From Parasynechococcus marenigrum WH 8102 (GTDB taxonomy: Bacteria > Cyanobacteriota > Cyanobacteriia > PCC-6307 > Cyanobiaceae), in contig NC_005070.1 of NCBI RefSeq assembly GCF_000195975.1, positions 90,001 through 122,000 of the forward strand: a stretch of DNA of 32,000 bases, given 5' to 3'. Positions 26,052 through 32,000 of this stretch are shown in pieces. How positions within the stretch are numbered: the first letter of the stretch is position 1; each line of letters opens with the position of its first letter. The notes beneath the pieces are model-generated. The model was not told the DNA's origin, made no database searches, and saw only the letters and a program-made list of their open reading frames with translations. Made by a program: the position numbers and the translations under genes.

Positions 26052-27011
26052 GTGAATTCAGATTTGCCGGTGGTTTGCCTTGGGGAAGCCTTGATCGATC
26101 GGTTGGGGCCCCCAGGAGGTGATCCGGCCATCGATGGTCCGCTCGACGATCGTCTCGGCGGGGCACCCGCCAACGTGGCCTGTGGGTTGGCGCGATTGGG
26201 AACAAGCGTCGCTTTTCTGGGCCGGCTGGGTGCTGACGCCATTGGCGATCGTTTCGCAACGTTGTTTCTTCAACGAGGTGTCGATGTCGACTCAGTGCAG
26301 TGGGATGCACAGCGTCCCTCTCGCATTGTGCTGGTGCGTCGCAGCGCTGATGGTGAGCGGCAGTTTCGAGGGTTTGCCGGCGATGAAGGGCTGGGCTTTG
26401 CCGATCAGGCCCTCGCATCAGTGGAATTGCCCAAGCAAGCCCGATGGTTGCTCACAGGCACCCTCCCTTTGGCTGCTCATGCCTCTGCAGATTCCCTGCG
26501 CGGAGCTGTAGCTCAGTCCAAGGCACGAGGCATTGCTCTCGCTGTGGATGTGAACTGGCGCCCCACCTTTTGGGACAGTGCGGCCCGCCCGGACGCTGGG
26601 CCTTCTCAGCAGGCCATCGAGCTGATCCGACCCCTGCTGGAGCAGGCGGCCCTGATCAAGCTGGCCCGTGAGGAGGCGATCTGGTTGTTTGGTTCAACGG
26701 ACCCGCGGGCCATCTGTACCCAGCTCCCCCAGGAGCCGGATGTGGTGGTGACGGACGGTGCTGAACCGGTGCGTTGGTGGATGGATGGTGCATCTGGCAC
26801 GCAGCCTGCTTTTCACCCGCCGCAGGTGGTCGACACCACCGGCGCTGGTGATGCCTTCACCGCAGGCTTGTTGCATCGTTGGTCCGCGTCCCCTGCTGAA
26901 CGGGTTCGATTCGCCTCCGCCTGCGGTGCTCTGGTCTGCGCTGGTGCCGGTGGGATTGATCCGCAGCCCACGGAAGCTCAGGTGGAGGCGTTTTTGGGTG
27001 GCGTGAGCTGA
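26052..27011 (+). CDS. PfkB-family carbohydrate kinase (fructokinase-like)
   Basis: VVCLGEALIDRL, GGAPANVACGLARLGTSVAFLGRLG and DTTGAGDAFTAGLL. GTG start. Confidence 0.88.
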   Translation: MNSDLPVVCLGEALIDRLGPPGGDPAIDGPLDDRLGGAPANVACGLARLGTSVAFLGRLGADAIGDRFATLFLQRGVDVDSVQWDAQRPSRIVLVRRSADGERQFRGFAGDEGLGFADQALASVELPKQARWLLTGTLPLAAHASADSLRGAVAQSKARGIALAVDVNWRPTFWDSAARPDAGPSQQAIELIRPLLEQAALIKLAREEAIWLFGSTDPRAICTQLPQEPDVVVTDGAEPVRWWMDGASGTQPAFHPPQVVDTTGAGDAFTAGLLHRWSASPAERVRFASACGALVCAGAGGIDPQPTEAQVEAFLGGVS

Positions 27012-27475
27012 GCCCGTCGTCCTGTCTGTATGTATGTGAGCTCCAATCGCCAGGCCTCTGGGAGTTGAAGACCCAGTCGCTCCGGCCACTCCACAGCCAT
27101 CAGTGCCCCGAGGGCGCGCGCTTCCTCTTCTTCCTGCAGAAACAGTTCATCCGCTGATCCGGAATCCTCGAGTCGGTAGAGATCCAGATGCACGAGGGGC
27201 GGATTCCCGTCCGCGTAGTGCTGGGCCAGGGCGAAGGTCGGACTGGTGATCGGTTCGGTGATGCCGCAGGCCAGGGCAAGGCCCTGCACGAGGGAGGTTT
27301 TGCCGGCACCCAGTTCTCCCTGGAGCAGCAGGATGCTTCCCCTGGGCAGTTGTTTTGCCAGGTGCTGCCCCAGTCGCTGGGTCGTCTCAAGGGTCTCAAG
27401 CTCCCAGACACACTGTGTAAAGTCCGGACCGAGCGAGCCCGAAGCCTCGGCGTCTCTGCAGAGATTCACCTCCAC
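26978..27475 (-). CDS. tsaE: tRNA threonylcarbamoyladenosine biosynthesis protein TsaE
   Basis: ILLLQGELGAGKTSLVQGLA, ITSPTFALAQHY and LVHLDLYRL. GTG start (27475 or 27469). The 3' end overlaps the kinase gene by 34 nt. Confidence 0.85.
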   Translation of the reverse strand: MEVNLCRDAEASGSLGPDFTQCVWELETLETTQRLGQHLAKQLPRGSILLLQGELGAGKTSLVQGLALACGITEPITSPTFALAQHYADGNPPLVHLDLYRLEDSGSADELFLQEEEEARALGALMAVEWPERLGLQLPEAWRLELTYIQTGRRAQLTPPKNAST

Positions 27476-27497
27476 GTATCCCAGGGAGCATTAAGTC

Positions 27498-28928
<1,431 letters not shown>

Positions 28929-28988
28929 TCACCCAATCAGCGGATTGTTCAGCCCCGTGGAAGACTTGCGCGATCGTGCGCAGGCTCC

Positions 28989-29648
28989 ATGGGGCTTTCT
29001 GATGTCATCACGCAGCTGCCTCAGCTGATCGGCCAGGCGGTGGAGGCGAACCAATGGCTTGGCTACACCGCCATCTTCGCGGCGATGTTCCTCGAGAACC
29101 TGTTCCCGCCGATTCCCTCCGAGCTGATCATGCCGCTTGGAGGTTTTTATGTGCAGCAGGGTCAGCTTGATCTGGTGCCAGTCGTGCTGGCCGGACTGCT
29201 GGGAACGGTGCTCGGCGCTCTTCCTTGGTATGGGATTGGACGACTGATCAACGAAGAGAGAATTGAACAGTGGCTTGGCAACCACGGTCGCTGGATCGGC
29301 ATCAGCCCTGAAGAACTGGGGCGCAGTCGTCGCTGGTTCGGACGCTACGGAACCGCACTTGTGTTTTGGGGGCGTTTGGTGCCCGGCATCCGCACCTTGA
29401 TCTCCGTGCCGGCTGGCATTGAGATGATGCCGATGGCACCGTTTCTGCTTTGGACGACTGCCGGCAGCCTGATCTGGACCCTCCTGCTCACCGTGGCGGG
29501 GATGGTGCTCGGCGAGGGCTACAACACCGTTGAACTGTGGATCGATCCGGTCTCCAAAGCTGTGAAAGTGCTGCTGGTGGTGGCTGTTCTCTCTGGGGCG
29601 ATCTGGTTAGGGCTGCGGGTCTGGCGCCGGCGTCAGTCGTCCGACTGA
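28989..29648 (+). CDS. DedA family membrane protein
   Basis: YTAIFAAMFLENLFPPIPSELIMPLGGF, FGRYGTALVFWGRLVPGIRTLISVPAG. Confidence 0.85.
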   Translation: MGLSDVITQLPQLIGQAVEANQWLGYTAIFAAMFLENLFPPIPSELIMPLGGFYVQQGQLDLVPVVLAGLLGTVLGALPWYGIGRLINEERIEQWLGNHGRWIGISPEELGRSRRWFGRYGTALVFWGRLVPGIRTLISVPAGIEMMPMAPFLLWTTAGSLIWTLLLTVAGMVLGEGYNTVELWIDPVSKAVKVLLVVAVLSGAIWLGLRVWRRRQSSD

Positions 29649-29670
29649 CCGCCAGCGCCAACGGTCGGCT

Positions 29671-30048
29671 TCAGAAGGGGATCTCTTCATCAGAAGCCTG
29701 GCCGCCAAAGCTGCCAGCGGCTTCCTGGTTGTCCCGCTTGGAGCCAAGCAGTTCAAGACGATCGACGCGTACAACCGGCTTGCTCCGTTCTTCACCGCTG
29801 TTGCGGTCGGTCCAGCGATCCAGCTTGACGCTGCCGATGATGCCCAGCAGGGAGCCTTTTTTCACGTAGTCAGCGGCCACCTGAGCCTGTTTGCCCCAGA
29901 TCTCGAGGTTGAACCAGTCGGGCTCGTCGTCGCGGCTGCGGCGATTCACGGCCATGGTGAGATTGGCGACCATGCTGCCGGATTCGAAGTAACGCACTTC
30001 GGGGTCGCGACCGGCTCGGCCGACGAGGGTGACGGAATTCACGCCCAT
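29671..30048 (-). CDS. ssb: Single-stranded DNA-binding protein
   Basis: MGVNSVTLVGRAGRDPEVRYFESGSMVANLTMAVNRR...WFNLEIWGKQAQVAADYVKKGS, with the acidic tail DEEIPF. The ORF is open to 30330. The internal ATG at 30046-30048 gives 125 aa. Confidence 0.92.
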   Translation of the reverse strand: MGVNSVTLVGRAGRDPEVRYFESGSMVANLTMAVNRRSRDDEPDWFNLEIWGKQAQVAADYVKKGSLLGIIGSVKLDRWTDRNSGEERSKPVVRVDRLELLGSKRDNQEAAGSFGGQASDEEIPF

Positions 30049-30182
30049 GGGATTCACTCCTTGTGTTGGTTTCAATGATGCGCCACGGTTTTTATGGCTG
30101 CTTTCAAGGAGTTCCACCCCTACCGCCGGATGTAACAGGCAGCGTTGGATTCCGCCCCTATGATTCGCCGGCCTGAGGTCCT

Positions 30183-31241
30183 GTGGCCGTGCTGTTTCGT
30201 CGTTTCCAGCTGTCTCGCGACATCGGCATCGACCTTGGCACCGCCAACACGCTGATCTATGTGTCAGGGAAGGGCATTGTGTTGCAGGAGCCGTCGGTAG
30301 TCGCGCTGGATCTTGAGCGCGGCACACCACTGGCTGTGGGTGATGAGGCGAAGTTGATGCTGGGTCGGACCCCAGGCAACATTCGCGCTGTACGGCCTCT
30401 GCGCGATGGTGTGATTGCCGACTTCGATGCGGCTGAGCAGATGCTCAAGACCTTCATCACCAAAGGCAATGAAGGGCGCGGCATCATGGCTCCCCGTTTG
30501 GTGGTGGGTATCCCCAGCGGTGTGACCGGTGTTGAACGTCGCGCAGTGCGAGAAGCGGGCATGGCCGGTGCAAGGGAAGTGCATCTGATCGATGAACCAG
30601 TGGCAGCCGCCATTGGTGCGGGCCTGCCGGTGACGGAACCCGTCGGCACGATGATTGTTGACATCGGCGGTGGCACGACTGAGGTGGCCGTTTTGAGTCT
30701 CGGTGGCACGGTGCTGAGTGAGTCCGTGCGCGTCGCCGGTGATGAAATCACCGATGCGATCGGGGTTTACCTCAAGAAGGTGCACAACATGGTGGTCGGT
30801 GAACGCACCGCTGAGGACATCAAGATTCGCGTCGGCTCTGCATTCCCCGATGACGCCTTTGACCAGGAGTCAATGGATGTACGTGGCCTGCATCTCCTCT
30901 CCGGCCTGCCTCGTACGATCAATTTGAGAGCAGGCGATCTTCGAGAAGCGATTGCCGAGCCCCTCAACGTGATCGTTGAGGCGGTGAAGCGCACCCTGGA
31001 GCGCACCCCACCTGAGTTGGCTGCCGACATCGTCGATCGAGGCATCATGCTGGCCGGTGGTGGAGCGTTGGTGCGCGGTATCAGTGATCTGATCAGCCAC
31101 GAGACGGGCATCTTTGTACACATCGCAGAAGACCCTCTCCTCTGCGTGGTCAATGGTTGTGGCCAGGTGTTGGAGGACTGGAAGCGCCTCCAACGCGTGG
31201 TCGACACCCCGGAATTCATCCGATCACCCGCCGGCGCCTGA
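30183..31241 (+). CDS. mreB: Rod shape-determining protein MreB
   Basis: DIGIDLGTANTLIYVSGKGIVLQEPSVVA, DEPVAAAIGAGL and IVDIGGGTTEVAVLSLGG. GTG start (30183 or 30189). Confidence 0.95.
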   Translation: MAVLFRRFQLSRDIGIDLGTANTLIYVSGKGIVLQEPSVVALDLERGTPLAVGDEAKLMLGRTPGNIRAVRPLRDGVIADFDAAEQMLKTFITKGNEGRGIMAPRLVVGIPSGVTGVERRAVREAGMAGAREVHLIDEPVAAAIGAGLPVTEPVGTMIVDIGGGTTEVAVLSLGGTVLSESVRVAGDEITDAIGVYLKKVHNMVVGERTAEDIKIRVGSAFPDDAFDQESMDVRGLHLLSGLPRTINLRAGDLREAIAEPLNVIVEAVKRTLERTPPELAADIVDRGIMLAGGGALVRGISDLISHETGIFVHIAEDPLLCVVNGCGQVLEDWKRLQRVVDTPEFIRSPAGA

Positions 31242-31245
31242 GCCC

Positions 31246-31992
31246 ATGGCTCCATCGCTGCGGCCTGGGACGAGTCGTTTGCGGGGATTCGCTCAGCTCA
31301 CACCGTGGCTTCTGCTGATCTCCGGCCTGATCGTTGTGCGCCTCAGTAAGGGTGCCGGTTTCACCGATGCTTATGCCTTGCTCAGCCGACCGTTCTGGCC
31401 CGGTCCAGCGCAGCGGGAATGGATTGTTGCCGCGACCGATCTGGAACAGGCATCCAGGCTGAAATTGCTGGAGAGAGATAACCAACGTCTGCGTGGCCTC
31501 CTGGCTCTACAGCAGGACGGCTCTCAGGCTGGTCTGGTGTCTGCGGCGGTGATTGCCCGCCGTCCCCGTGGCTGGTGGCAGCAGCTGGAGCTCGGTAAGG
31601 GTGGTCTGCACGGCATCGCCGCGAACGACGCCGTCATCGGGCCCGGAGGACTGCTCGGCCGGGTGTCCAGTACGACGCCAGCCACTGCACGGGTGAAATT
31701 GCTGACCGCGCCAGGTCATGAGATCGGTGTTTGGTTGCCCCGCTCTCGCCGCCATGGTCTGCTGGTGGGTATGGGGTCCAGTCGGCCCAAACTTCGCTTC
31801 ATCGATCGCGATCCGGATGTTCGGCCGGGTGATCTGGTGAGCACATCGCCAGCAAGCACACTGCTGCCGCCCAACATTCCAGTGGGGGTGGTGCAGGCTG
31901 TTGAGGAGCAGGCGGCGCCGTCCACCGCCGCTGTGGTGCAGCTGATTGCCGCACCGGAGGCTATCGACTGGGTGCAGATCATGACGCGCTGA
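31246..31992 (+). CDS. mreC: Rod shape-determining protein MreC
   Basis: ATG lies 4 nt after the mreB stop. There is a TM segment LTPWLLLISGLIVV and a coiled segment LLERDNQRLRGLLAL. Also GWWQQLELGKGGLHGIAANDAVIGPGGLLGRV and PPNIPVGVV. Confidence 0.85.
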   Translation: MAPSLRPGTSRLRGFAQLTPWLLLISGLIVVRLSKGAGFTDAYALLSRPFWPGPAQREWIVAATDLEQASRLKLLERDNQRLRGLLALQQDGSQAGLVSAAVIARRPRGWWQQLELGKGGLHGIAANDAVIGPGGLLGRVSSTTPATARVKLLTAPGHEIGVWLPRSRRHGLLVGMGSSRPKLRFIDRDPDVRPGDLVSTSPASTLLPPNIPVGVVQAVEEQAAPSTAAVVQLIAAPEAIDWVQIMTR

Positions 31993-32000
31993 CCATGGCT

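Noticed and set aside
31995-32000. ATG GCT directly after mreC, considered as the start of mreD.
   Set aside because: Only 6 nt are visible. The call is plausible from the usual mreBCD order but cannot be supported from this window.

Overview
High-GC segment: about 60 % GC in a hand-counted backbone line (8641-8700). Gene content and order suggest a marine Synechococcus-type picocyanobacterial chromosome (inference): cysE, infC, miaA, gyrB, a crcB pair, gpx, mgtE, a group-2 sigma factor, mutY, a PfkB sugar kinase, tsaE, ahcY, dedA, ssb, mreB, mreC. I support about 34 protein-coding or pseudogene features. I saw no rRNA, tRNA, CRISPR array, transposase or integrase. Genes are tightly packed, with many overlapping start/stop codons and several convergent 3' overlaps. 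The backbone is interrupted by four AT-richer islets (hand-counted 60-nt lines give 32-47 % GC). Each carries one or two cell-surface glycan or sulfate-ester enzymes. These are a Sulfotransfer_2-type sulfotransferase, a possible sialyltransferase-like protein next to a methyltransferase-glycosyltransferase fusion, a secreted SdsA1-type alkyl sulfatase, and a GT14 branching-enzyme-like protein. A GT8-like gene and another sulfotransferase sit at the left edge. The best-supported unusual observation is that the sulfatase islet lies inside the 5' part of mutY. A displaced mutY 5' remnant (21329-21538) and the intact mutY (24124-25296) share 27/49 residues without gaps. They also share a 21-nt identical core exactly at the codons of the catalytic WIAEVMLQ motif, which looks like the recombination junction. 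The intact MutY carries a fully canonical Nudix box, so it looks like a MutY-MutT fusion. The moxR-DUF58-transglutaminase operon carries three independent lesions (a +1 frameshift, an in-frame TGA and a -1 frameshift) while neighbouring genes are intact. The divergent GntR/dienelactone-hydrolase spacer holds two tandem 13-bp palindromes with an ATTGAnAAT core. No clearly new multi-gene system, such as a defence system, is evident. The distributed sulfo-glycan islets are the main candidate for follow-up.
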